From the NCBI GenBank assembly GCA_035281845.1, contig DATEVL010000038.1, positions 9,785 through 73,784 of the forward strand: DNA of 64,000 bases, written 5' to 3'. The DNA comes from Anaerolineales bacterium. GTDB lineage: Bacteria > Chloroflexota > Anaerolineae > Anaerolineales > E44-bin32. Both the position numbers and the translations under genes were made by a program. The notes under the pieces were generated by a model. The model saw nothing but the letters and a program-made list of their open reading frames with translations. It ran no database searches and was not told the origin of the DNA. This document shows, piece after piece, positions 7,682-16,566 of the stretch (within the stretch, counting starts at the first letter, position 1; every line of letters begins with the position of its first letter).

Positions 7682-10600
7682 TTGATATTCAAGCCCGTGC
7701 CTTCTTCCATCGATTTCATCGCTCAGGAACACGAGGTGCTGAAGTTCTGGGAAGCGAGCGGCGCCTTCGAAAAGCTGCGAGCCCTGCGCGCCGGAGGGCC
7801 GCGCTGGTCCTTCGTCGATGGGCCGATCACGGCCAACAACCCGATGGGCGTGCACCACGGCTGGGGCCGAACCTACAAGGATCTCTTCCATCGCTTCGCC
7901 GCCATGCGCGGCTTCGACACCCGCTACCAGAACGGCTTCGACTGCCAGGGGCTGTGGGTCGAGGTCAACGTCGAACGCGATCTCGGTTTCAGCAGCAAGC
8001 GCGATATCGAGGCTCTCGGAATCGACAAGTTCGTCGTCCTCTGCAAACAGCGGGTGCTGAACTTCGCCGCCGTGCAGACGCAACAGAGCCTCCGCCTCGG
8101 CTATTGGATGGACTGGAATCGGCTTGAGGATTTGGCCCTGCTGAGCGAACGCCTGGGCCAGGATCCTCTGCAGCGATCGACTCTCCAAGGACCTCACGGC
8201 CCTGTCACCGACACCGTCGAGGCCCTGGTGGCGCGGCTGGGCGAGCCCGAGCTGGGTGGATCGTATTTCACCTTCTCCGACGAAAACAACTACACCATCT
8301 GGCATCTTCTCCAGCGCTGCCACGAACGAGGCTGGATCTACAAAGGCCACGACGTAATGCCCTGGTGCGGCCGCTGCGGCACCGGTCTGAGCCAGCACGA
8401 AATCGTCACCGAGGGCTACCAGGAGATGACGCATCCCAGCGTCACCCTTCGCTTTCCGCTGCGCGGACGACCGGGGGAGAACTTGCTGGTGTGGACGACG
8501 ACCCCCTGGACTCTTACCAGCAATGTGGCGGCCGCCGTCGGCCCCGATCTCGAATATGTGCAAGTTCGTCAGGGCGGCGAGTCCTTCTATCTCAGCCAGG
8601 GAACCCAGAGCATGCTGCGGGGCCGCTACGAAGTCGTCCGCAGTCTGCCGGGGAGGGAATTGGAGGGTTGGACATACGACGGTCCGTTCGATCACTTGCC
8701 GGCGGCTCGAGACAGCGGTGCGCCGTCGGTCCACAAGGTGATCCTGTGGGACGAAGTGGGCGAACAAGAAGGGACGGGCATCGTCCATATCGCGCCGGGT
8801 TGCGGCGCGGAAGACTTCGCGCTGGGCAAGCTCTACGGGCTGCCGGTGATCGCCCCGCTGGACGAGGCCGGCGTCTTTCTGCCGGGCTTCGACTGGCTGA
8901 GCGGAAAGGCCGTCGACGATGTCCGACCTGCCATCTTCGAGGATTTGAAAGCGCGCGGCCTGATGTATGCCGTGGCTGATTTCACGCACCGCTACCCGGT
9001 TTGTTGGCGCTGCAGCAGCCCGCTGGTGTTCCGTCTGGTGGACGAGTGGTTTATCTCGATGGGCGCACCGCTCGACCGGCCACTGTCGGAGGTCTCGGAA
9101 GACGAGAAGCGGCGGAACCTTCGCTACCAGATGATGGAGGTCGTCGAGCGTGAGACGCGCTGGCATCCTTCGTTCGGCCTGGAGCGCGAGCTCGACTGGT
9201 TGCGCAACATGCACGACTGGATGATTTCGAAGAAGCGCTACTGGGGATTGGCCTTGCCGATCTATGAGTGTGCCGCGTGCGGCCAGGTCGACGTCGTCGG
9301 CAGCAAGGAAGAGCTGCAACGGCGCGCCGTCCGTGGCTGGGAGGCCTTCGCCGGCCGCTCACCCCATCGGCCCTACGTGGATGAAGTCGTCATCGCCTGT
9401 TCTCGCTGTGGCGAGCCGGTGAGGCGAATCCCGGACGTCGGCAACCCCTGGCTCGACGCCGGGATCGTCGCCATGAGCACCTTGCGCTATCGAGAGGATC
9501 GCGCCTTTTGGGAGTCGTGGTTTCCGGCCGATTTCATCAGCGAGAGCTTCCCCGGGCAGTTTCGCAACTGGTTCTACAGCCTCATCGCCATGAGCACGAT
9601 CCTCGAACGGCGGGCTCCCTTCCGCGACGTCTTCACCTATGCCACCTTGCTCGCCGAGGACGGGCGCGCCATGCACAAGTCGGCGGGCAATATGGTTGAG
9701 TTCAACGAAGCCGCCGACCGGATGGGGGTCGACGTCATGCGCTGGCTCTACCTGGCGCAGCGGCCGGAGAAGGACATTCTCTTCGGCTATCACCGCGCCG
9801 ACGATACCCGGCGGCTCTTCCTGCTTCCGCTGTGGAACGTGTACAGCTTCTTCGTCACCTACGCCAACATCGATGGCTGGACGCCCGGCGCCGCGGCCCC
9901 AACCGGTGAGCCCGCCGTCCTCGATCGGTGGATCCGATCCCGGATGGAACGGGTCGTAGGGGAGGTGACCGCCCAGCTGCAAGCCTTCGAGCCACATGCG
10001 GCGGCAGACGCCCTTCAGCATTTCCTGGAGGATCTGAGCAACTGGTACCTGCGTCGGAGCCGGCGCCGGTTCTGGTCGCGCCGTGGTTCCAGCGCGCAGG
10101 GCGATGCAGATAAAGAGCGTGCTTACGCCACGCTCTATGAAGTTCTGGTGAAGCTCATCCAGCTTCTGGCGCCGTTCGTGCCTTTCGTAACCGAGGCGAT
10201 GTATCAGAACCTGGTCCGGTCGGTCGATGCCGAAGCGCCGGAAAGCGTCCATCATCAGGCCTGGCCGACGGCTCACCCGGAGGCGGTGGACGCCACGCTG
10301 ATCGAGGAGATGGCCCTCGTCCTTCGACTGGTCTCCCTTGGCCACGCCGCAAGGAATCTCGCCGGTCGGAAACTGCGCCAGCCGCTCCAAGAAGCCGCCT
10401 TCGCCCTGCGCCATCCGGACGAGGCCGACGTCTTGCAGCGTCACGCCGGGCTGATCGCCGACGAGTTGAACGTCAAGTCGGTTCGGCCCCTCGATGCAAC
10501 GGCGGAGGCTGTCGAGTTCCGTCTCAATCCGCTGCCGCGCCAGCTCGGGCAGAAGTACGGCGCCCGTTTCCCTCAGCTCCGCACGGCGCTCCTGGCGCTG

Positions 10601-11044
10601 GACCCGGAGCGGGCGGCAGGGAAGCTCGCCGAGGAAGGCCACCTTGAAATGCCACTCGGCGAAGACAGCGTCGTCGTCCTGGCCGAGGAAGTCGAAGTTC
10701 GGATCGAGCCTCGAGCCGGTTTCTCCGCGGCGGCCGACGGGGCCTATCTCGCCGCGCTGAGGACCGAACTGACCCCGGACCTGGTGGAGGAGGGTTTGGC
10801 GCGTGAAGTCGTCCGCCGAATTCAGGAACTGCGGCGACAGGCGGAGTACGACGTCGACCAGCGAATCCGGGTCGAGTACGAGGCTTCGCCGGCGTTGGCC
10901 GCTGCGCTGCTGTCGCATGGCGCATTCGTTTCGGCGGAGGTCCTGGCCGATGGCTTCGGGCCCGCCACCCTGGCCCATGACCCCTCGGCGCCGACCTTCG
11001 CTTTCGACGGTGAAGAACTGCGCGTGAGAATCGCCCCCAGTTAG
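7682..11044 (+). CDS. ileS: Isoleucine--tRNA ligase (long, 1120 aa)
   Basis: Class I aaRS N-terminus (GPITANNPMGVHHGWGRTYKD), KMSKS-like MHKSAGN, and CxxC zinc knuckles. Preceded by an AUC T-box and followed by lspA (classic ileS-lspA linkage). TTG start 4 nt after the alaX-like stop. Confidence 0.9.
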   Translation: MIFKPVPSSIDFIAQEHEVLKFWEASGAFEKLRALRAGGPRWSFVDGPITANNPMGVHHGWGRTYKDLFHRFAAMRGFDTRYQNGFDCQGLWVEVNVERDLGFSSKRDIEALGIDKFVVLCKQRVLNFAAVQTQQSLRLGYWMDWNRLEDLALLSERLGQDPLQRSTLQGPHGPVTDTVEALVARLGEPELGGSYFTFSDENNYTIWHLLQRCHERGWIYKGHDVMPWCGRCGTGLSQHEIVTEGYQEMTHPSVTLRFPLRGRPGENLLVWTTTPWTLTSNVAAAVGPDLEYVQVRQGGESFYLSQGTQSMLRGRYEVVRSLPGRELEGWTYDGPFDHLPAARDSGAPSVHKVILWDEVGEQEGTGIVHIAPGCGAEDFALGKLYGLPVIAPLDEAGVFLPGFDWLSGKAVDDVRPAIFEDLKARGLMYAVADFTHRYPVCWRCSSPLVFRLVDEWFISMGAPLDRPLSEVSEDEKRRNLRYQMMEVVERETRWHPSFGLERELDWLRNMHDWMISKKRYWGLALPIYECAACGQVDVVGSKEELQRRAVRGWEAFAGRSPHRPYVDEVVIACSRCGEPVRRIPDVGNPWLDAGIVAMSTLRYREDRAFWESWFPADFISESFPGQFRNWFYSLIAMSTILERRAPFRDVFTYATLLAEDGRAMHKSAGNMVEFNEAADRMGVDVMRWLYLAQRPEKDILFGYHRADDTRRLFLLPLWNVYSFFVTYANIDGWTPGAAAPTGEPAVLDRWIRSRMERVVGEVTAQLQAFEPHAAADALQHFLEDLSNWYLRRSRRRFWSRRGSSAQGDADKERAYATLYEVLVKLIQLLAPFVPFVTEAMYQNLVRSVDAEAPESVHHQAWPTAHPEAVDATLIEEMALVLRLVSLGHAARNLAGRKLRQPLQEAAFALRHPDEADVLQRHAGLIADELNVKSVRPLDATAEAVEFRLNPLPRQLGQKYGARFPQLRTALLALDPERAAGKLAEEGHLEMPLGEDSVVVLAEEVEVRIEPRAGFSAAADGAYLAALRTELTPDLVEEGLAREVVRRIQELRRQAEYDVDQRIRVEYEASPALAAALLSHGAFVSAEVLADGFGPATLAHDPSAPTFAFDGEELRVRIAPS

Positions 11045-11183
11045 GTTATGGGGCATGTGACTCACGCGCCTGGTCGACCATCGCAGCCGCGGGACGGGCT
11101 GCGTATGCCGGCAGGCGAGAAAAGACTCGCTTCCACGGGCGGGCCTCGCCTTTCGGCGGGTCTCCGGCAATCCTTCGGGTAGA

Positions 11184-11753
11184 ATGGCTTGGCCCGATCC
11201 GGCGACCAACGTGGAACGAAACCAACGTCTGCGCTCCTATCTCTTCCTGGCCGCCATTTCGGGGCTCGTGGTCGCCCTCGACCAATGGTCGAAGGTCTTG
11301 GTGCGCACTCGACTCGACGTCGGCGAGCTCTGGATGCCGGTGGGCTGGCTGGCGGCTTACGCCCGCCTGATCAACTGGAACAATACCGGCGCCGCCTTCG
11401 GTCTGCTTCCCAGCGCCGGATTGATCTTCTCGATCGTGGCGGTGGTCGTCTCGGTGGCGATTATCTACTATTTCCCGCGAGTCCCGGAATCCCAGGTCGC
11501 CGTGCGCGTCGCCCTGGCGCTGCAGCTCGGCGGCGCGATCGGGAATCTGATCGACCGCGTGCTACTGGGCACCGTCACCGATTTCATCTCGCTGGGGGCG
11601 TTCCCCGTTTTCAACGTCGCCGATGCCAGCATCACGATCGGAGTCGCCCTGTTGTTGGCCGCTATGTGGGTCCAGGGCCGAGCTCGCAAGGCAGAGGACG
11701 GCGCGGAAGGTGGAGCGCCCGAGCGGGGCGGCCCTGAGCCCGGAGAGGCATAG
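11184..11753 (+). CDS. lspA: Lipoprotein signal peptidase II
   Basis: LDQWSK, NTGAAFG, GGAIGNLIDR and FNVADASI motifs. Confidence 0.9.
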   Translation: MAWPDPATNVERNQRLRSYLFLAAISGLVVALDQWSKVLVRTRLDVGELWMPVGWLAAYARLINWNNTGAAFGLLPSAGLIFSIVAVVVSVAIIYYFPRVPESQVAVRVALALQLGGAIGNLIDRVLLGTVTDFISLGAFPVFNVADASITIGVALLLAAMWVQGRARKAEDGAEGGAPERGGPEPGEA

Positions 11754-11875
11754 TCACAGGGGAGACGGCCTGTCTCATCTCGGCGCGACTCAACCGGCTC
11801 TCGACCCTTTCGGAGACACGCCCGGGGCCCCGTCCGCTGCTCATCGATGACATCAAGCACGGGAGGCGAGTCGGG

Positions 11876-12826
11876 GTGATGGCGGGGGCGGAGCGGCAGA
11901 CACTCCGGGCGCCACCGACCGGGGGGAGGCTCGACCAAGTGCTGGTGGGTCTATTCCCGGAGGTCTCACGCTCGCGCCTTCAACAATGGATCCACGGAGG
12001 CCAGGTGTGGGTTTCCGGCGAGCTCGCCACGAAGTCCGGGCTGCGCCTGCGCGGAGGGGAGGCGATCCTCGTCGAGCTTCCGCCTCCGGTTTCGTCGGAC
12101 ATCCTCCCTGAACCCATTCCGCTCGATGTTGTGTTCGAAGACCGTGACCTTCTCGTCGTCAACAAGGCGCCCGGCATGGTTGTTCATCCCTCCGCCGGGC
12201 ACGACACCGGCACGCTGGTGAACGCGGTGCTGGCTCACGCCCCAGACTTGGCCGGTGTGGGCGGCGAGCTGCGGCCGGGGATTGTCCATCGGCTCGATCG
12301 TGACACCTCGGGGCTGATCGTCGTTGCTAAGAACGAGGGCGCTCTTCGCTGGCTTCAGGAACAATTCCAGTCGAAGTCTGTCGAGAAGGGTTACCTGGCG
12401 CTCGTCGACGGCCAGCCGCCGGCGCGCCAGGGCCGGATCGAAGCCGCCATCGGCCGCGATCCCCGCCATCGACAGCGGATGGCAGTCGTACCCGAGGCGA
12501 AAGGGCGGGAAGCGACGACCGAATACCGCATCCGAGAGGAGTTCCCCGCGCATGCACTGCTCGAGGCGCGCCCCAAGACCGGCCGGACACATCAGATTCG
12601 CATCCACTTGGCGTTTGTGGGTTGCCCGGTCGTAGGAGATCGCGTCTACGGATGGCGTCGACCCTCGTTGTATGCAGCCAGGCAGATGCTTCACGCCTGG
12701 CGCCTCGGTTTTCGGCTTCCCGGGGAGAAAGAGGTGGTGGAGTTCGAAGCACCGATTCCGGAGGACATGGAGCGGGTGATCGAGCAAGCCCGGGGGCACT
12801 CGACGGAATGGGGCGGGGAGGGGTGA
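11876..12826 (+). CDS. rluD: RluA/RluD-family 23S rRNA pseudouridine synthase
   Basis: S4-like N-terminus (RLDQVL...SRSRLQQWI) and catalytic [16 protein letters not shown]. Confidence 0.85.
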   Translation: MMAGAERQTLRAPPTGGRLDQVLVGLFPEVSRSRLQQWIHGGQVWVSGELATKSGLRLRGGEAILVELPPPVSSDILPEPIPLDVVFEDRDLLVVNKAPGMVVHPSAGHDTGTLVNAVLAHAPDLAGVGGELRPGIVHRLDRDTSGLIVVAKNEGALRWLQEQFQSKSVEKGYLALVDGQPPARQGRIEAAIGRDPRHRQRMAVVPEAKGREATTEYRIREEFPAHALLEARPKTGRTHQIRIHLAFVGCPVVGDRVYGWRRPSLYAARQMLHAWRLGFRLPGEKEVVEFEAPIPEDMERVIEQARGHSTEWGGEG

Positions 12827-13872
12827 TGCCGGGCAACGTCGTCGATTTGCGATCGGACACGGTGACGCGGCCGACCCCGGCTATGCGAGAGGCGATGGCC
12901 CGTGCCGAAGTCGGTGACGATGTCTTCGGAGAGGACCCCACCGTCAATCGTCTTCAGGCGATGGCCGCCGATCGGTTGGGCAAGGAGGCAGCACTCCTCG
13001 TACCATCCGGGGCGATGGGGAATCTGGCGGCCGTGCTTTCTCACTGCGGCCGGGGCGATGAAGTCATTCTTGGGGACCAGTGCCACACCTACGTTTACGA
13101 GGCCGGAGGCGTTGCGGCTTTGGGCGGCGTTCACCCTCGAGCCCTCGCGACCCAACCCGATGGGACGATGGCCCTCGACGACATCCAAGCCGCGGTCCGC
13201 GCGGACGACGTGCACTTTCCCGTCACGCGGCTGATCTGCCTCGAAAACACTCACAATCGGTGCGGAGGAGCCCCGCTCTCCGGCGACTACACCCGGCGGG
13301 TGGGTGCGCTGGCTCGGGATCGTGGATTGCAGCTCCACATCGACGGCGCCCGAATCTTCAACGCGGCTGCGGCCACAGGCGAGTCCGCCAAGGAGCTGGC
13401 CGCGCCCGCCGACTCGGTCACCTTCTGCCTCTCGAAGGCTTTGTGCGCTCCGGTCGGCTCGGTCTTGTGCGGCGACGGCGAGTTCATCCGCAGAGCCCGC
13501 CGGGTTCGAAAACAGCTCGGAGGCGGGATGCGGCAGGCGGGCGTGCTGGCCGCGGCCGGGATCGTCGCGCTCGAGACCATGATTGATCGATTGGTGGAGG
13601 ATCACGCACGGGCGAGGCGCCTTGCCGCGGAACTGCGATCGCTCCCTGGCGCAACGCTGGATCTCGATCCACCGCCCACCAACATGGTCTACCTTCGCTT
13701 GTCGACCGCAGTGCCTTTCGACGCGCGAGGGATGGTGCAGACCCTGGCGAATGACAACATCCTCGCGCTCCCTGTGGGGCCTCGCCGGATTCGCTTGGTG
13801 CTCCACCACGACGTCGATGATGACGGGGTTGACCGCGCCGTCGCCGCGTTCCGGCGCGCTCTCGGCCGCTGA
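12826..13872 (+). CDS. ltaE: Low-specificity L-threonine aldolase (348 aa)
   Basis: [19 protein letters not shown]...[12 protein letters not shown]...[12 protein letters not shown] overlaps the rluD stop by 1 nt. The ORF-track 12622 start is an upstream extension inside rluD. Confidence 0.85.
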   Translation: MPGNVVDLRSDTVTRPTPAMREAMARAEVGDDVFGEDPTVNRLQAMAADRLGKEAALLVPSGAMGNLAAVLSHCGRGDEVILGDQCHTYVYEAGGVAALGGVHPRALATQPDGTMALDDIQAAVRADDVHFPVTRLICLENTHNRCGGAPLSGDYTRRVGALARDRGLQLHIDGARIFNAAAATGESAKELAAPADSVTFCLSKALCAPVGSVLCGDGEFIRRARRVRKQLGGGMRQAGVLAAAGIVALETMIDRLVEDHARARRLAAELRSLPGATLDLDPPPTNMVYLRLSTAVPFDARGMVQTLANDNILALPVGPRRIRLVLHHDVDDDGVDRAVAAFRRALGR

Positions 13873-14078
13873 ATCTCTCAGGATCCGAAGCGTGGTTCTG
13901 CGAGTGCAGGGTAGGGAAGGCCGAAGATCTTGCTGCGCGGCCGCCCGGTTACTTGATGGAGGACTCGGCGGCCGTGCAGAGAGAGGGTAAGGCACCGAGG
14001 AAGGAATGGGCAACCTTTCCTGCTGCTGGCCGCGGATGATCCCGAGGCGTCGGCTTAGTCCTGTATCGATCCGCTTTC

Positions 14079-14108
14079 TTGACGCTGCGACTCTCGGCGT
14101 GGTAGACT
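14079..14108 (+). promoter_or_regulatory. Promoter for tRNA-Asp (TTGACG-18-TGgTAGACT)
   Basis: TTGACG 14079-14084 and TG-extended TAGACT 14103-14108. The tRNA begins 12 nt downstream. Confidence 0.5.
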
Positions 14109-14119
14109 TCTCGGCGTTG

Positions 14120-14193
14120 GGGGGTGTGGTGTAGCGGCCCAACACGCTGCCCTGTCAAGGCAGAGACCGCGGGTTCGAATCCCGTCATCCCCG
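14120..14193 (+). tRNA. tRNA-Asp (anticodon GUC), no encoded CCA
   Basis: Folded by hand. Acceptor GGGGGTG/CATCCCC, D stem GTGT/ACAC, anticodon stem CTGCC/GGCAG with loop CTGTCAA (GTC at 14154-14156), 5-nt variable loop, T arm GCGGG-TTCGAAT-CCCGT, discriminator G. Confidence 0.9.
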
Positions 14194-14196
14194 CTG

Positions 14197-14228
14197 AACC
14201 GCCTGGCCAACCCAGGCGGTTGATGTTT
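14197..14228 (+). terminator. Intrinsic terminator after tRNA-Asp
   Basis: AACCGCCTGG-CCAAC-CCAGGCGGTT hairpin followed by GATGTTT. Confidence 0.6.
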
Positions 14229-14271
14229 CACCCGAGGCCTCGGCAGCAACCAGCTCACGCGGGTCGGTCGC

Positions 14272-14301
14272 TTGACACGGAGAAAACCGACGTGGTAATC
14301 T
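14272..14301 (+). promoter_or_regulatory. Promoter for dprA operon (TTGACA-18-TGgTAATCT)
   Basis: TTGACA 14272-14277 and TG-extended TAATCT 14296-14301. Confidence 0.45.
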
Positions 14302-14344
14302 GTGCCGTCCTGCCGGCTGAGTCGACACGCTTCATGATGATGAG

Positions 14345-15463
14345 ATGATCGGGTCCCAGCGCAAATACTGGATCGGTTTCAGCCGCGCCGCAGGTATCGG
14401 CGCGGTTCGCCTGCGTGCACTGCTCGATCATTTTGGGGATATCGAAGCCGCCTGGTTCGCCGAGGAGCCGGTGTTGCGCCAGACCGGAATCGGCCCGCAT
14501 GCCGTCGGCGGATTGCTCGAGGCCCGCCGCAGCTTGGACCTGGACGGCGAGGTCGATCGTCTGGATCATGCCGGTTTCGATTTCCTGACGTGGGACGATG
14601 AGACCTTCCCGCCACCTCTGCTGGAGATCGCCTCTCCGCCGATCGTGCTCTATCGGTGGGGTGCGCTTCGGCCGGACGATCGATATGCGGTGGCCCTGGT
14701 GGGCACGCGTCGGCCGACGGCCTACGGCCAGGCTGTCGCCCGCGATGTGGCGACGGCGCTGGCGGTCCACGGCGTCACCGTGATCTCGGGCCTGGCGCGC
14801 GGCGTGGATTCCATCGCGCACCGGGCTGCGTTGGACGCCGGCGGTCGGACGCTGGCCGTCCTCGGATCCGGTCTCGACGAGATCTATCCACCCGAGCACC
14901 GATCGCTGGCTCAGGAGATCGCCGGGCAAGGAGCTCTCCTGACCGAGTATCCACTCGGTGTCCGCCCGGAGGCGGGGAACTTCCCCGTGCGGAATCGGAT
15001 CGTAGCGGGCCTGGCGCGGGCGGTGGTCGTGGTGGAGGCGGGTGAGGCGAGCGGCGCTCTGATCACGGCCGATTTTGCCGCCGACCAGGGACGCGACGTC
15101 TTCGCGGTTCCTGGCAGCATTTACAGCCGTGCCAGCCGAGGGACGAACCGTCTCTTGCTAACGGGTGCTACGCCGCTGACGTCCCCCGAAGACGTGCTTG
15201 AAGCCCTGCGGGTTCCGACCGCCCTCCCGTTGGAAGAGGAGAACCTAGTCTGGACGGGCGGCGAGCTGGAGATGCTGCTCGCCGGACTGCTGTCGGACGA
15301 TCCGATCCACGCCGACGATCTCGTCGCGCGAACTCGGCGAACCCCTTCGGAAGTGATGGCCGCCCTGGCCATGCTCGAGCTGCAAGGCCGGGCCGTCCAG
15401 GTGGGCGGAATGAATTACGTCAGCGTGCGGCGGCCGCGTCGGGTTGCCGAGGTCGGCGCGTGA
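14345..15463 (+). CDS. dprA: DNA-processing protein DprA (Smf)
   Basis: VALVGTRRPTAYGQAVA...ISGLARGVDSIAHRAAL...FPVRNRIVAGL motifs and a C-terminal winged-helix-like tail. Confidence 0.9.
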   Translation: MIGSQRKYWIGFSRAAGIGAVRLRALLDHFGDIEAAWFAEEPVLRQTGIGPHAVGGLLEARRSLDLDGEVDRLDHAGFDFLTWDDETFPPPLLEIASPPIVLYRWGALRPDDRYAVALVGTRRPTAYGQAVARDVATALAVHGVTVISGLARGVDSIAHRAALDAGGRTLAVLGSGLDEIYPPEHRSLAQEIAGQGALLTEYPLGVRPEAGNFPVRNRIVAGLARAVVVVEAGEASGALITADFAADQGRDVFAVPGSIYSRASRGTNRLLLTGATPLTSPEDVLEALRVPTALPLEEENLVWTGGELEMLLAGLLSDDPIHADDLVARTRRTPSEVMAALAMLELQGRAVQVGGMNYVSVRRPRRVAEVGA

Positions 15464-16557
15464 GCCACTTGGTCGCGGTCATCCTGGCTGGGGGTGGAGG
15501 GACACGCCTGTGGCCGGTCTCGCGGCGCAGCCACCCCAAGCAAGTCCTCCGGATTTCCGGCGACCGATCTCTGTTCACCGAGTCGATCGACCGGCTGACG
15601 CCATGGCTTCCCCTTCCGCAGATTCTGGTGGCCGCCTCCGGTGACCTGGTGGAGGCACTGCAACTCGAGGTCCCCGACCTCGGCCGCGAGAATTTCGTTC
15701 TCGAGCCGCAGCCCAAAGGGACGGCGGCGGTCCTTGGGCTGGCGGCGGTCATCCTGCGGCAGCAGGATCCTGAAGCGGTGATGGCCGTGTTGACATCGGA
15801 TCACGCGATACAACATCCAGATCGCCTGCGATCCTTACTATTGGCTGGCTCCGAGTTGGCTTTGTCGGGAAGGTTGGTCACCCTGGGAATCCCGCCGGAG
15901 GCGCCCGACACGGGCTATGGTTACATCCGACGCGGGGAATCCCTGGGCGTTGTCCTCGGCGAGAAGGTCTATGCCGCGCTCCAGTTCAAAGAGAAACCCG
16001 ACGCCGCCACGGCCCGTGAATACGTCGACAGCGGGGAGTATTACTGGAACTCCGGGATGTTCCTGTGGAGACCGGAGAGGCTGCTGGACGAGATCGAACA
16101 CTGGATGCCCGACCTTCACCGCGCTCTAAGCGATTTCGCCGCGCGGAAGAGCACCGCCGCCGACGAGGCGCTGACCAACGCGTGGCGGGCTCTTGCGCCA
16201 CAGACGATCGACTACGGAATCATGGAGCACGCCTCCGACGTCGCCGTGCTGGATGCCGCAGGTTTGGGTTGGTCCGACATCGGAAGTTGGGATCGTGTCT
16301 ACCAATTGCTTTCCAAGGACGCCTCCGGGAACGCCGCCTACGGCGGCCAAGCGGTGGTCCGGGAATCCTCGGGGAACCTGATTGTGGGAGACGCACAGGG
16401 CGGCGCCGCCCGGCTGTTTGTGCTACAAGGGGTGCGAGATCTCGTCTTGATCGATACGGGAGACGTCTTGCTGGTCTGCCGGCGAGATCAATCGGGTCTG
16501 GTGCGGGAGATCGTGGAGCAGCTCGACCGGAGCGGGTTGGAAAGATTCCTGGCATAG
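15460..16557 (+). CDS. Mannose-1-phosphate guanylyltransferase-like nucleotidyltransferase
   Basis: VILAGGGGTRLWPVSRRSHPKQ N-terminal NTP-transferase signature. Overlaps the dprA stop by 4 nt. Confidence 0.8.
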   Translation: MSHLVAVILAGGGGTRLWPVSRRSHPKQVLRISGDRSLFTESIDRLTPWLPLPQILVAASGDLVEALQLEVPDLGRENFVLEPQPKGTAAVLGLAAVILRQQDPEAVMAVLTSDHAIQHPDRLRSLLLAGSELALSGRLVTLGIPPEAPDTGYGYIRRGESLGVVLGEKVYAALQFKEKPDAATAREYVDSGEYYWNSGMFLWRPERLLDEIEHWMPDLHRALSDFAARKSTAADEALTNAWRALAPQTIDYGIMEHASDVAVLDAAGLGWSDIGSWDRVYQLLSKDASGNAAYGGQAVVRESSGNLIVGDAQGGAARLFVLQGVRDLVLIDTGDVLLVCRRDQSGLVREIVEQLDRSGLERFLA

Positions 16558-16566
16558 GAGCGCGGA

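Noticed and set aside
7001-11209. Very long antisense ORFs (772 aa at 7001-9319 and 616 aa at 9359-11209) opposite alaX-like/ileS
   Set aside because: The translations are Arg/Ala/Gly/Pro-rich low-complexity strings with no motifs. The plus strand encodes an unmistakable IleRS. Long stop-free antisense frames are expected at this GC content.
12691-14145. 484-aa minus-strand ORF covering ltaE and running into tRNA-Asp
   Set aside because: It is antisense to a clear threonine aldolase, its composition is junk-like, and it overlaps a tRNA gene.
14120-14344. Integrative element inserted at tRNA-Asp (and likewise at tRNA-His, 42240-42312)
   Set aside because: No integrase or recombinase gene is present. 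I found no direct repeat of the tRNA 3' end downstream. The flanking genes are housekeeping genes with the same composition.
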